From Bigelowiella natans CCMP2755 (lineage: Eukaryota > Protista > Cercozoa): 64,000 nucleotides of DNA. The notes under the pieces were generated by a model. The model searched no databases. It was not told the DNA's origin and saw only the letters and a list, made by a program, of their open reading frames with translations. How positions within the stretch are numbered: position 1 is the stretch's first letter; each line of letters starts with the position of its first letter. Where the stretch lies: the NCBI GenBank assembly GCA_000320545.1, contig ADNK01001017.1, positions 1 to 64,000 on the forward strand, written 5' to 3'. The translations under genes were made by a program, and so were the position numbers. Positions 1 to 14,063 of this stretch are shown here, piece by piece.

Positions 1-1237
1 GAATGGAACATCACCATTCTCTATTTTCTACAAGTTTGATGATGACAACGACGAACGCCAACTAACGAATGATAGTGTGTTATCACTACCTGCCAGCTAA
101 TGCAAATACGACTACGAGAGGAGGTGATGCTGCATTGTTACAACTATAGGAGAGGAGATTACGCATCGCCATTCTTTGCTCGTTATCATCTTCTTCCTCC
201 CCCTTCTTCTTACCATGATTATCATCATTATCATCATCATTGTCCTGTTGTCGTTATCATATAAATACCTAGATAGTTGGCCTGTACTAGTGGATGGACT
301 CTCGCCTTTTGATAACCAACATCAGATAGCAATAGAAACGATAATACCAATCATATTACGGTACTACCAACTACTAAAAAATTCAGAAAAGAAGAAGAAG
401 AAGAAGAAGAAGAAGAAGAAGAAGCACTAAAGAAAGAATCATCATGCAACTTTCATAGATGCTGTTAATTAATGCCCATAATTTTCATTTTTCGAATTTC
501 TTTCCTTCCTTCCTTCTGCTGCCTTTCTTTCTCCTCCTCCTTCCTCATAAACCAAAGCATACACACACAACAGTATCATCACACATTTACTACCTCAAAG
601 TTGCGGTTGCCAGAAAGTACACCGGCTAGAACCTAAACAACGATAAGATAAAATAGTAATAGGGATAGGAGGAGAGTAATTATTGCACACAAGTTGGAAA
701 TAGTCAATATGGGTGAAGAGGAAATAAGAAAGTGTACCAAGTGATCCGTATACTCACAAAAAAGAAGGGAAGTACGACTGGTAATGATTATTTAGAATAA
801 AATTACAGCAGGATAATATGGAAGATCGAACCACATATAATACAACATCATCTGAGTCGTGACTTACAGGATTTCCTGATTGTTTCCCTTCTCCGGATAC
901 AGCAGCCTCCATTGCGACAGGTTTCAATTCTCCACTATTGCCTAATAATAAGAAGGTGAGAAGGAAGAGAGGACTGCTGCCTATGGAATAATGGGCGACG
1001 TAATATCCATAATCTATTTGTTTTGTTTACCATGTTTCTCTTCGATAATCCATAATCATCATCATCATCATCATGATCTGTTTTGTTTACCGACACAAGT
1101 CATGCAACCGTATCCAGCGACATGAAACCCAAGCTCATCGAGGTATTTTTGAAGGCCTGAAGATGCACGAATCAAACAGCAGCAGCAGCAGCAGCACCGT
1201 AATTAGTAAGTATAGTAGTAGCAGTATTTGAAACTAC

Positions 1238-1279
<42 letters not shown>

Positions 1280-1448
1280 AGTGACTAAATCCTGCTAGTA
1301 CATGCCAACATGAAGAAGAAGAAGAAGAAGAAGAAGGAAAGAGAAGCTACTATCGCTACTAATACTACTAATACTACTAATACTATTTACTACTCATCTG
1401 GTACTTGCAAGCAAGAATCTATCACTTGTTGTTTCGAGACACTCACTA

Positions 1449-1481
<33 letters not shown>

Positions 1482-1594
1482 CGTTATTACTATTATTACC
1501 AGTTGTTTCAAGATAATCCCCAACAACACGAGAGCCTTTTCATATGTAAAGTAAATTACATCATCATGTTGATCAGATTCATTTCCTAACATGA

Positions 1595-1630
<36 letters not shown>

Positions 1631-2416
1631 TCTATCTACACTTCCGTTACCCGGAGAGAGGGAGGTCTTGATGTACGAAGGAACTTTCAATCCAAGCTCA
1701 ACTGCCTGCAGCAAAGAGCAGCAGCAGCAGCAGCACAAAGCATGATCAGGGTGCTCGATGATGACGTGGATGTTGTACAACTTACGTTTTATCACTTCAC
1801 AAAATGATGATGACAAGCGGCATATCACACACACACACACACGCACATACATCTCCTGACCTTCTTTGCTATGAGTCCAGCTGCTATCATCACAGTAGGG
1901 TTGGATGTGTTTGTACAACTCGTGATGGACGCAACCACCACATCTCCATGAGTGATATCAGAAGAAGACAGCTTTGTTGTTGTTGATGATGATGATGATG
2001 AAGGTGAAGGTAATCATAGCCATAGGATGAGAAGGACGACGACGACGAGGAGGAGGAGGAGGAGGAGGCACATGGAAAGTGAAGATGAAGAAGAAGAACA
2101 AACAGCAGCAGCAGCAGAAGAAAAAGAACAACAACAATGAGTGAGTGAGTGAGTGAGTGAGTGAGTGAGAGGAGAAAGGGTTAAGGGTAAAAAGGAACGA
2201 GAGGACTGCTATCAATGTAGCCTACTCACTTATAGCCGTAGTAATTGTAGTAGTTAAAGTAGTAGTAGTAGTAGGAGGAGGAGGAGTAGAACTAGTAGTA
2301 TTGGCAGTGGTAGGTATCAAGAAGCAGATTGTGTTATTATTAAATCATGCAGCAGCAGGAGAGGATGATGGGTAGATGATGACCAACAGCAGCAGCAGAT
2401 ATGTTATCGTACACTA

Positions 2417-2449
<33 letters not shown>

Positions 2450-2661
2450 ATCGTGAGTTGGTGTAGTATTGCTATCAGCATTTCTCTTGGCCACAGTCTC
2501 TGAAATCTGTGAGGCGCAGTGAGTGAGATAGTTCTATCATCACCATCATCATCATCATCATTGTCATCATCACGAAAACCATCACCAGCATAAATGACGA
2601 TGACGGTTACCACTCACGATAAGTAGTTTGATTATAGCTAAAACAATGCTGCTGGTACTAC

Positions 2662-2702
<41 letters not shown>

Positions 2703-2844
2703 AGCCTACTAGATTCTTCCAATTACTGCCTCCTTTTCCAAAGCCTTTGAAACCACCATCGTTGTCCATGCAGCTCTTAAATAAATAATGAGTTGTTAAA
2801 AGATTCAGTTGCGAAATCATCCCCCGTTCAACGTTCCATAACAC

Positions 2845-2876
<32 letters not shown>

Positions 2877-3981
2877 TTGTACGCAAAATAATAGCAGCGT
2901 CTCAAACCTGAAAATCTTGTTTGAGATCAGCAAGAGGTACCCTATCGTGTGGTCGTTTCGGGCCAGACACACTAGGTACTACCGTCTTCAATGATTCCAC
3001 CATTCATTCAAATAGTAGCACTTGTTATTTTGTGTATAAACAAACTAGTACAACAAACTACATATGTTCTTTGCATGCATTTTGTTCTTATGATTGATTG
3101 GTTGATTTACATCATTGGCTGGTTTATTGGTTGATTGGCTATCATGCCTGAGTGGTAATAGCAGCCTCTAGTAGAAAGAACTTACTACCTTTAAGTCGAT
3201 TTCAATAACCTTACTGTACTGTACAGCATCATCAGATTTAGCAGCCCCGTCCTACAATGATCAAAGAATAACATATTCACCTCAATGCTACTACTACTAC
3301 TACTACTACTACTACTGCTACTACTGCTACCACTAAAGCTGCGCAGCCATCTTTCACCTTACAAGAGGAGAAGTCGTTCAATAGCATATTCTCAGCCAAA
3401 TATTTGTGTGCTAACTCGACGGTATCTGGGTTTCTTCCTACGATAGAAGAGAGTATCATCATTAGCGTTCATTTTGAAGAAAATGAAGAAAAAGAAGAAT
3501 AAGGTGCACAAATTCAAGAAAGAATACACTGCGTGTCATATGCTCCTACTGCATGAATTGTACACAAGCACAGTTATACAACTTGCAGTAGTAGTAGTAG
3601 CAGTAGTAATAGTAGTAGTAGTAATACCGGTATGACGGTAGTAGTCGAGAGTGACACTGTCCGGAGGAAAGTAACCCTTAGTACAAATAATGAATAAAAG
3701 AAGTAGCAGCAGTAGAAGTCATTCCTTGTGCTTGTTCTGGACATTGCTCTGCATGATGATTTACTTCTATTTTAACATTATTATCACATCACTTCGTAAA
3801 ATAGTAATAATACCATCGTAGCTCCATACTCTGGGGCCATGTTAGCAATCTAAAACCATATGTTCATTATCACATAAAATGAGAGAAAGAGGAAGAATAA
3901 GAAGAAAAAGGAGAGACTGGCTAGAGGAGGAGGTGTTTGAGGATGAGACGATTTATAAGGAGATGCTAAAACAAAATGATG

Positions 3982-4023
<42 letters not shown>

Positions 4024-4463
4024 CCGTTGCTCGGTCAGCTAGACTTAAGGATTTCACCTGAAATAAGACAAAATATCATGCTCTCGTCCTAAATAAATAC
4101 GTATCATGAAGATGATGATGATATGATCTATGTTGGCACACAAATAGTAAGAATTGTGGTAGTAGTAGTAGTTAGTTTCACACCCACCATCCATCATCAT
4201 CACCATGATTATCATCAACTTACCCCTTCTCCAAAGAACTCGACAAACATGCCAACCACCTTGAGTTAATCAGCAATTATGATCAATAAACATCCCATCA
4301 GAACGACGAACTTGCCGTAGGCACGCTGACTGTGCCTGGCAAGAAGATTCCATCATCATCCTGCTGCTACTGCTACTACTACTATTACTACTCTGCTTCT
4401 TACCCCTTCTTCTCGAAGTGTTTGCACAACCTGAAGGACCTGATCATAGCAGCAATGATGAGA

Positions 4464-4503
<40 letters not shown>

Positions 4504-4577
4504 AAGGAAAGAATAGTCGTCTCGAAACATATGAAGTGATGCAGGATGATAATAGCCCACTATTTGCAGTAGTGTAT

Positions 4578-4612
<35 letters not shown>

Positions 4613-6479
4613 AATATTACCAGATCTGTTGCCATAACACCCTCCACCAATTCTCCTGTAAGTCGTACCTGTGCAGCATGATGCATCATCATGATCACGA
4701 CGATCACCGGATTCGAGGAGGGAGAAGGAGGATTTTAGTACAGAAGAGAATATGTATAACATCTTACGTACAAACAAAGAAATAAAAGAGTAGATGATGA
4801 TGATGATGATGATTTGTTGTTGCATGCTCTTTCTTCCTCTTCCTCCTCCTCCTTTTCTCCAAGTTCTTATTTTCATGTATTTTTTCTCCAGCTCAGCTCT
4901 ACTACTATTACTACTACTCCTACTATTACTACTACTAGTAGTAATAGTCTCGATATTAATATGCATTATTTTTATTTGCTGATAACAACCCCAAGAACTC
5001 GTGGAAGTGGCATGACGATCGCTTGTCCTGTGGTGGTGGTGGTGGCGTCGTTAAATTATTCATAATCACGGATATGATGATGGCCACAATCATATGATGA
5101 TGATGATGATGATGATAATGATGATGATAATGATAAGAAGATGATACATTTTTGGCATGCTATTATCCAAATAAGCACGTACTACTACTACTACTACTAC
5201 AACTACAACTACTATTATTTGAGTGAGTAATAGTACCAAGAATAACTGATAGAGCTTCGATACCACCCACACCCCATCCAACGACGCCTTTTATGATGCG
5301 TATATTATCAAATTATTGTTTGTCATCAGTATTATCTTCTTCTTCTCCTATTCATCGTCAGCATCATCATCTCCATTTCTAATGCAACCATCTCCCTCCA
5401 TTTGACTACTACACTGAACTCTGAATTATATGAAGTATTCACTTTCTCTCCTTCTCCTCTAAAGAACAAAGAAGTGCTACTTTTACTATTACAGACTAGC
5501 ACTGGTAGTATTTACTTATATTGGTGTTACCAAGGCCGTTCACCATAGTGCTGTGAGAATCCGTACCCACCATTGAGTCAGGAAATATCTAAAGGAAGAA
5601 CACCAGAAGAAGGAGCTCAAGAAGGAGGACAATTAACACAAAGAAAACCACTCTGATCATCCTCTTCCCTCCCTCCCTTCCTTCCCCTTTTCTCTTCTTG
5701 AGGAGGAGAAGCTTCCTTGCAATATAAAGAGCATGCATTCATTGATTGAAATACCAGATTTGAAGGTGACTTAGCTTCGAAGATGCACCGGGACAAATAC
5801 TCCAAGTTTACCTTTTTATGGTAATAATGTTGTGGATTAACAGCAAACAGAACAATAACAATATAAAAGAGAAGAAGAAAAGGAGGAAGAACAAACTATG
5901 ATGATGGCTCTCAAGTAAGTAATTGCTGCATGCTGCCGTAATGCTGCTGCTGCTGCTACTAATACTAGAAAGGAGCTAGCTACTACATATATTTATTATT
6001 ATTATTACTACTACTACTACTACCACCTCAATCATACTTTGCTCACTGAGTTACGATCATGTTGATGCTATTACTTTACTTACTTACACTAGTACCACAC
6101 TTCCCCCTTCCCCTTCTCCTCCTCCTCCTCCTCCTCCTCCTCCTCCTCCTCCTCCTGCGACCAATACTTCTCCCATCCATTTGATTTCTTACTTGATGGA
6201 TGATACCAGTACCAGGAGGAACAACGGTCAGATTCTCGAATGCCTAAGAACAAGAACACGTAGAAGGAGGGGGGGGAGGAGGAAGGGAAAGAGGAGCTGT
6301 GATCATCAATTATCATCTTATATTCCTTCATTCCATCTTTTGCTGCAACTGCTTGTTTGTTTATCAATACACTACTACTACTACTACTACTACTACTATC
6401 AATACTATGCGAAATAACAATACACTACTACTACTACTACTACTACTACTATCAATACTATGCGAAATAACAAGTGCCA

Positions 6480-6520
<41 letters not shown>

Positions 6521-6690
6521 CTGGTACGTACTACTACTCATGTGGATTATTCTTTAGTACTTGCTTTCCTACTCGTGTCACAAACACTTGTTATTTATCA
6601 ATAAATCCTCTCTACTTCTGCTACTACTCGTTGCCGGCTACTTAGCCTCATAATGATGATAATAATGAGATTGTTATTCCCTTGATTATC

Positions 6691-6724
<34 letters not shown>

Positions 6725-7157
6725 CTGAGAAGCCCATTTAAAAAGGGCAAAGCGCTACAGCAAGCAAAGAGAAGAGTATCAGGTTATGCTGATGAATAAC
6801 GTCCTTGTTGTCATCATCAGCGTGGAGCAGCAGCTTGCAGCATATCTCTTCGTTCTCATCATCATCATCATCATCATCATCATTATCAGTTATCAATAAC
6901 AACGTATAATAAATCTTTGATAGTATTATTAAGATACCATACTTGCTGCTCATTCTTCATTTTAATTACATGCATTATTGTCATTAAGATGAGGCGAGTG
7001 AATATACCCAAAAAAGAAGGAACAAGAGTAGTTTTAAGAACATTTAAGCAGCCATCACCTCTTCATTTCTTTCAAATTCCTTCTTCATATTAATTTGTAA
7101 CGCCTTAGATGAAGAGAAATAATTACACAAAGAATCACACACTATCAAAACAGAAAG

Positions 7158-7200
<43 letters not shown>

Positions 7201-8372
7201 GTCACAGCAGTCCTCTCCTTAATCACAGAGAAGCTGTACTGATGCTACTGCAGCACCTACCTACTTACCTACCTACCTACCTCTGAGTATGACTAACTAA
7301 CTGCTATGTGAAACACACCTTATTATTCTGTGTCATTTTCTACTGTTTCTTCTTCTTCTTATTATTATTATTGCTCTCTGCTGTTATCTTCTTCTATTGC
7401 ACTTAATAGATGATCTCTCTTTTATTTGACTCTCTCTCCTGTTACATTTGCTGATCCTGATGCGTCCGCAATGATGGAATGGTCAATCACCAAATCAACT
7501 GGAACCTACATGTCAGTCATTGTTGTTATTAAAGAAGAAGAAAGATTGAATGTTGTGGTTACATAATACACATACATACAGCATCAAAGAATCATCGTTA
7601 TGCAACATATCAGAGTGGTTAAGCTTATGACCAATGGATTCACTGACGCAGGATCAGCTCCAAGCTTAGATACACTTTCGCGCATTGCCTAGGAAGAAAT
7701 ATTATATCAATTTATCATAGCATTTATGATGACCAGGAGGAGGAAGAAGAAGAATAAGAATAAGAAGAAGGCCACGAAAAACAACACGGGCGAGCAATTA
7801 AAGCAACAACTATGCGATTGAAGCGATTCCTTTCATGCATTTTTAACTTCTCATTATTCATCTTTTTGTGGTTTCAAAGTTTATTGATTTCGCTTTCTCT
7901 TTTTCCTCCTCCTCCTCCTTGTTGTTATTGTTGTTTATTACAGCAAGATCCATGAGACAGGGTCCTCCAGACATGTCTTGCATGATAACACGTGCTGGCT
8001 TGAAAGGGACTTCCGATTCTAACAAACATAATAATAAGAAACCACAACAATAACATCGAATAATAACATTATATATCATCTTTAACAGCATGCTACTTCC
8101 AGAGCTTCTATCACTCCTCCTCCTCCTCTACTACTAGTAGTAATTGGAATCATTCTCCACTTGAATCATCATCCCAACAATCGGTACAACAACCATAAAT
8201 CACTCATTACGATCATGATGACGACAACGACGACGATCATGACGATAACTGATAACTGATGGATCGTTGCCACAACCATGAGCTCTTCTAACAAGTTCCA
8301 CGAAATACGAGTACTTACTTCCAGCTCTTTCAGCCCAATTCAATATAGCGTGGACATCTTCTTGGCGAACAG

Positions 8373-8445
<73 letters not shown>

Positions 8446-9120
8446 GTAGGATGCGATGATTGCCATAATATCTTCCAATGACGATGGTATTAGGGGTAGT
8501 GCTTTCTTTAAATGAAGGAAAAGAAGAAACATCCGATACACATGAAGTAATAACTGTCTAGGTGTATGCATGTACTACTTTAGTACCTTTTCATCGCAAT
8601 TTCGAATCGCTGATTCCAAAAGCACACGAATGCAGAAGGGCAATGATTTGATCTGAAACGATGTTGTAAGGCCAAAGAGTATAAACAAACAGTAAAGCTA
8701 TTTCTCACAATAATATGAACTTTGCCTGGAAGAAATAGGCTTGTAAATAAAATTGATTCAACAGATACCTTATCCCCCTCCCCAAGGCAATCAAGGGAGA
8801 AATATTGCCTGCAAAACAGTATTTACGGAACAGAATTTCGTTATTGCAGTTGTAAACTCTAGTTTATATAATGCGAAAATTCCTGTGCTTGTCATCATCT
8901 ACAACCTAGTTTTAGTGTCCGTGTTGATCTCCTTGACACACTCTTTGAAGGGGTGATCCTTGAAACCTGCTTCTTCGCCATGACTGCTCGAAAGGTTTCG
9001 AACTCGAATTGCATTTACTTGTGAGCCAAGGCGGCTGCCAATCACATTGATGTTTGAGCTAAGTCTCTGGCGTAGTAGTCCTTTTGCTGAGTAGGATCGA
9101 AACCACACCTGGGAGGCCAT
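1..9120 (-). CDS. ACO: Aconitate hydratase, IRP1/AcnA (plant ACO) type, with N-terminal mitochondrial-like presequence; more than 25 small exons; 3' end lies outside the window
   Basis: Minus-strand exons translate in collinear order: [18 protein letters not shown] (~8590-8650), [13 protein letters not shown] (~7945-8017), [10 protein letters not shown] (~7450-7505), [11 protein letters not shown] (~6190-6243), VNLEYLSR (~5790-5811), [18 protein letters not shown] (~5530-5588), [19 protein letters not shown] (~3815-3850), SGPKRPHDR (~2945-2980), [13 protein letters not shown] (~1900-1945), KTSLSPG, GYGCMTC (~1095-1115), SGNRNFE (~595-615), [11 protein letters not shown] (~270-306), ASPPLVV (~90-131). 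All three Fe-S cysteines are present. Confidence 0.95.
6362..6472 (+). repeat. Intronic ~52-bp tandem duplication built around (CTA)n
   Basis: CAATACA(CTA)nTCAATACTATGCGAAATAACAA occurs twice. Confidence 0.8.
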
Positions 9121-9695
9121 CGTCGGCAATTGTGGAGGGGGTCGACGTGTCGTTCGTCCCTAGCTTTGGGTGCCGATAGTAGTCACAGATCATCGGAACC
9201 CAGCTCATAACAAACCGAATACATCACAACGGAAATGTCATGCATTTTTATGTTGCGACAGGTGAGTATTTACTCCTCAAACCTTCGGGGAATTTTAGCT
9301 TGACGGTCAATTCGGCGATTTCTGGAGAAAATTCCCATGAGCAAAGTCGTTGTAAATAGCCGGAATCCCCATACTTATTCCAAATATGAATTGAATTGGC
9401 CTTGATTTCTGGACAGTCGTTGTCGAAAGATTGAATGATGGAGGTATCGGAAATCCTATGATAGCTTTGACAAGGGCTAGGAATTGTAAGGAGGAAATGT
9501 AGGATAAATCATAGGTGCGTCAATGGTAATACGATGTCTCTGGGTACGTACCTCTCGGATAAACGGCGTTCGGGATTGAAGTACCAACTGGGTGATATCC
9601 CACACACCATCACAATAACCCACCAAGGGGAGAAAGGCAGGGGGTACTTCGAGAAACAACAACAACAAGAACAAGTCAACAACAGGAGCTTCTTT
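9121..9695. promoter_or_regulatory. Putative bidirectional promoter (aconitase <- -> purM)
   Basis: About 575 bp between divergent start codons, almost free of microsatellites, with several CGGA(A) motifs. Confidence 0.5.
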
Positions 9696-10184
9696 ATGTC
9701 TGAACAAAAAAAAGACTTATTATACAATCAGCGTGGTGTCTCTGCAGATAAAGAGGTAGCGAGATCATAGAATGTGGAAATGATTCAACACAATCTGAAA
9801 TCATCGCTTCTTCTTCTTCTTCTCCTTCTTCTTCTTCTTCTTCTTCTTCTTCTTCTTCTTCTTCTTCTTCTTCTTCTTCTTCTTCTTCTGCTTCTTCATT
9901 GTTGTAGGATGTCCATAACGCTATTAAAAATATTGACAAAGGACTTTTCCCGAAAGCTTTCTGCAAGGTTGTTGCTGATTCATCCTCTTCTTGCATTGCT
10001 TTGTGCTCCTCCTCCTGCTGCTGCTACTGCTGCATTTTGTATCATCATCATCATCATCACTATTGTGCTTTGTTGATGCATGCAAATAATGTGGGATTGA
10101 TCAACCGTACTGCGTGCTGCGTGTAGATCGTACCAGACTACCTGGGAGGAGATGAAAAATACTGCATTGTAATGCATGCAGACG

Positions 10185-10220
<36 letters not shown>

Positions 10221-11015
10221 CACCTACGTGTACCTACATCATTCTATGATCTTCATATATTGTGTATGGAAATAGAAAGAGAGCACTACGAGGTGGGTGG
10301 TGGTGGTGGTGGTGGTGGAGGAGGTGGTGACAATTATCATTCCACTCGGGACATTCGGGACATTCCTACTCTTTTCCCATGTCCTTACGATGATTAATAC
10401 CTCATCATCACAATTGCTATCATCATCATCATCATCATCATCATCAAATAAACTGGCATTAGGTGCTGGGACTAAGTCGTCTCTGGCTTACATGTACTGG
10501 AAGGAGACGGGTGACCTTAGCGTATGGACTGGGATTGCTCAGGACGCTATCATCATGAATACAGACGACCTTCTATGCGTTGGAGCAACTGACAATATTC
10601 TCCTCTCTAGTACAATTGGTACTATCATGGCATCGTCCACCATTACTTGATCATATGATGCTGCTACTGTGCTGTACTGACAATCAAAATGAGGAGGAGG
10701 GAATAAAGAGGATTGGTTGATAATCGCACATCTTCATGAATTGGTTCTTTTGTTTTTGGCTTCTGTATTAGGCCGCAACAAAGGCCTCATTACTGGGGAA
10801 GTTGTAGCAGCGCTGATAAACGGCACTGAATCAGTTCTGAAGATGCTGAGAGAATGCGGAATGAACATCATTTCCACTGGTGGTGAGACTGCCGATGTTG
10901 GGGATTTAGTGCGCACTGTTATCGTCGATTCTACTGTGGTTTGCCGTATGAGGCGTGATCAAGTCATTGATAACGCGTAAGTGTCAATAACCTAACTAGT
11001 ATGCGGAAGAAGAAT

Positions 11016-11046
<31 letters not shown>

Positions 11047-11676
11047 AAGAGAATCCTTGATATGACAGCCTTCTCCTTCTTCTTTGTTGTTTGTTGTGTT
11101 ATTGTTGTTGTTGTTGCAGAAATATTGCAGTCGGAGATGTGATCGTTGGTCTTGCTTCCTATGGACAAGCAAAATACGAGAATGCGTATAATGGAGGTTT
11201 CTTCTTTTTCCTTTTATTATTGATTTAACCCTCCTCCTACTCATCGTCATCACCATCATCATCATCATATATGCTGGTTTTCACATATATAAGTGAAAGA
11301 GAGAGAGGGGGGGGGGGGGGAGGGTGAGAGAGAAAGAGCATTTTATAATATTCTTTCGTTGTATATGTTGATGTGTTGCAAATTGTTTGAAAATGGTCAG
11401 TGTTTCTGAACGTTCTCCCTCCTCCCTCCCCTTCCCATGTGATGCTGCTGCAATCATCGTGATAGGAATGGGCAGCAACGGCCTAACAAGTGCAAGACAC
11501 GATGTCTTCAATAACTACCTATGCCAAAAGTTTCCTGAAAGCTTCGATGTAAGAAGAAGAAAAAGAAAATGATGACTGTATTGATGAATGATGATGATGA
11601 TGGAAAGATAATGGATTGTGACGATGACACTGGATGCTATTAATGTTAAATGTACACGGGGATCATTATGAAAAAT

Positions 11677-11724
<48 letters not shown>

Positions 11725-12013
11725 ATACATATAATATATATAATATGTCTCCCTCTCTAGCATTTTCTCTTCGCAGTCGTCTGCTTTGTGTCTTTGTGAG
11801 CTTAAGCGTTATCAAGTAGTCCTCCTCCGTTTAAGAAGAAAATGGAGTTTGTTGATCTACTGTTGTTCTCTTACAGTGTGATATCTGTATGCGTGTGTGG
11901 TGGTGGAACGTCGTTGCTTTTGGTAGCCTTCTCTGTCGAAGGATGTAGTTTATTGTGGAGATCAAAAACTCACGGATAAAGTCTCAATAGGCAATGGAAA
12001 AGAGGTACCATTT

Positions 12014-12055
<42 letters not shown>

Positions 12056-13029
12056 GTGTGTGTGTGTGTATTAATTTACACTAAGGGGATGATAATGAGG
12101 ATGATGATAATGAGGAATATTCTACTGACGAAGAAGAGTTCCCAGCATTTTATCACCGCACATTTACCTTCTTCACATGTCTTTTTCCTCCTCCTCCTCC
12201 ACCTCCTCCTCCTCCTCATCATCATCATCATCACAGATGGATGCAGGAAAGCTAGTGCTATCACCTACTAGAACATACGCTCCTATCATTGCAAAGCTTC
12301 TAAAGAAGCACAGGTACTACACTGCCTGCTGCACTACTACTACTACTACTACTACTACTACATAAGTACATCTGATGATTCTCATGTGTGTGTTTCCAGA
12401 AAAGATATCCATGGCATGATTCATTGTAGCGGAGGTGCACAGACGAAGATTCTCCATTTTGCAAGTAAGTAACAGTAGTAGTAGTAGTCGTAGTAGTAGT
12501 ATGAGTAATTGTAACCACATCACAGTACTAGCATCACTGACACAAATTAGGTACAATCTTCTTATAGTAGCCACTATGATGGATATTGTAGTTGCAGTTT
12601 GTTTCGACGAGGCTTTGAAACAAATGATGCCGCTTTAATACTTTTAATATCAATCTCTCTCTTTTTCTCTCTCTCTGCTCTTTCTCTGGATATACAAAAT
12701 ATATATTTCTTTATGTGTGTGTTTGTGTTGATGCACGTACAAACAAAGGTGACAACCACCATGTGATCAAAGACAAGTTGTTCGCGGTACCTCCATTATT
12801 CAAGCTTATTCAAGAGCAGAGCAAAACGGATTGGAAAGAGATGTATAAGGTCTTCAATATGGGGCATCGAATGGAGCTATACGTCAAAGAAGAACTAGCG
12901 GCTGAGATCATTTCTGTTTCCAAGTCATTTGGGGTTGACGCCCAAATTGTTGGACGAGTGGAAAAATCGAAAACGGGCAAAAAACACCTGACAATCAAGA
13001 GCGAAAATGGAACGTTTGAGTATTCTTAG
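9696..13029 (+). CDS. purM: Phosphoribosylformylglycinamidine cyclo-ligase (AIR synthase), stand-alone Bacteroidetes-like type; about 11 exons
   Basis: Spliced translation: YNQRGVSADKE|DVHNAIKNIDKGLFPKAFCK|IVPDYLGGDEKYCIVMHADG|AGTKSSLAYMYWKETGDLSVWTGIAQDAIIMNTDDLLCVGA...GGETADVGDLVRT...GMGSNGLTSARH...SPTRTYAP...HCSGGAQTK...EMYKVFNMGHRMELY...FEYS*. Phases were consistent at the GT-AG junctions checked. Confidence 0.92.
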
Positions 13030-14063
13030 ATCGTGAGGTGGTGAATAGATACTAATACAGATTCTCGTTTTATTTGCAGCAGATACATGTTTGCATAGTT
13101 GTCATATGTGCGCTATCTATTACATCATATCAATTTTATTAGCTCATATGCACACAAATACCATTCAACCATAGCATGCTAGCATGGCTGCATGCAAATG
13201 TGCGAACGAATATATATACGAAACACCACTTGCAACAGTGCATGTTGCAAAACAATCTCACCCAGCATGTACGCATGCGGATGCCACACATCGTTCTTGT
13301 TGCTGAATTGCGCACACGCGCGTGTCTCTTGCGACAGCTACGATGACACCGCCCTGTCTAGCCGTGTTTGTTGCTCATTGTTTCATGCATATGTGCGCCT
13401 ATTCACTGATGTGTAGTGCAAGTAGATGAGTGTGTAGTGTGTAATGTTGACCATTCTCGTTGTGGCCAGCAGCATTGCTGCATCGTCAGCACTAGAACTA
13501 CGCGTTCCGTGTGCATGTCTAGATGTGTCGATCTGCAGTGCATCGTGTGCGGCCAATGTGCACACCGCTGTTGCTAGGTTGACTGCATACGCACGTACGC
13601 ACGTAGGCGGAGGCTTGACACAATGGCAAAGCTAGAAAGGGCACGTTGTTGCCTGTTGTAGTGCTTGCAGCAGGAGGTATCTTGATTGCCCTAGTGCCAG
13701 CAGCGATGCGAAGGACTAGAGGAGGAGGAGACATTCTATGTGTCCACCGAGCAGAACACCGAGAAATTTCGATTTTTTTGCAAGAGAAACGTGTATGCGA
13801 CAATAATTTCATCGATGTTTAGACGTGCAAGCACACCTAGCTGTTGTCACCCACATCATATCATCATCACAACAATCAGGCGCATGCATTTATATTGACA
13901 TGGACTTTGTTTGATACGAATAATGCAAAATGGATGACAGCACAACATTCTGCAACTCCAAGCTCAAGTAGCTTCAGGCATGATCATCACACTACACACA
14001 TCCATTGTTTGACTCAACGGTCTGCATGAACGACATCATGTGATTAGCTAGCAGCCTTGTCAA
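13030..14063. other. Convergent (tail-to-tail) spacer rich in short palindromes (GCATGC, CTAG, TGCA, ACGT) and TG/CA
   Basis: Lies between the stop codons of purM (+) and the cyclophilin (-); composition differs from the microsatellite-filled introns. Confidence 0.6.

Noticed and set aside
176-9996. Dozens of short ORFs with homopolymeric runs (poly-L, I, K, E, H, YI, HT)
   Set aside because: They are translations of intronic microsatellites or antisense frames; the real exons are smaller and lie within or across them.
13192-14029. Cys/His/Ala-rich ORFs in the purM-cyclophilin spacer
   Set aside because: Compositional artefact of a TG/CA-rich non-coding spacer.
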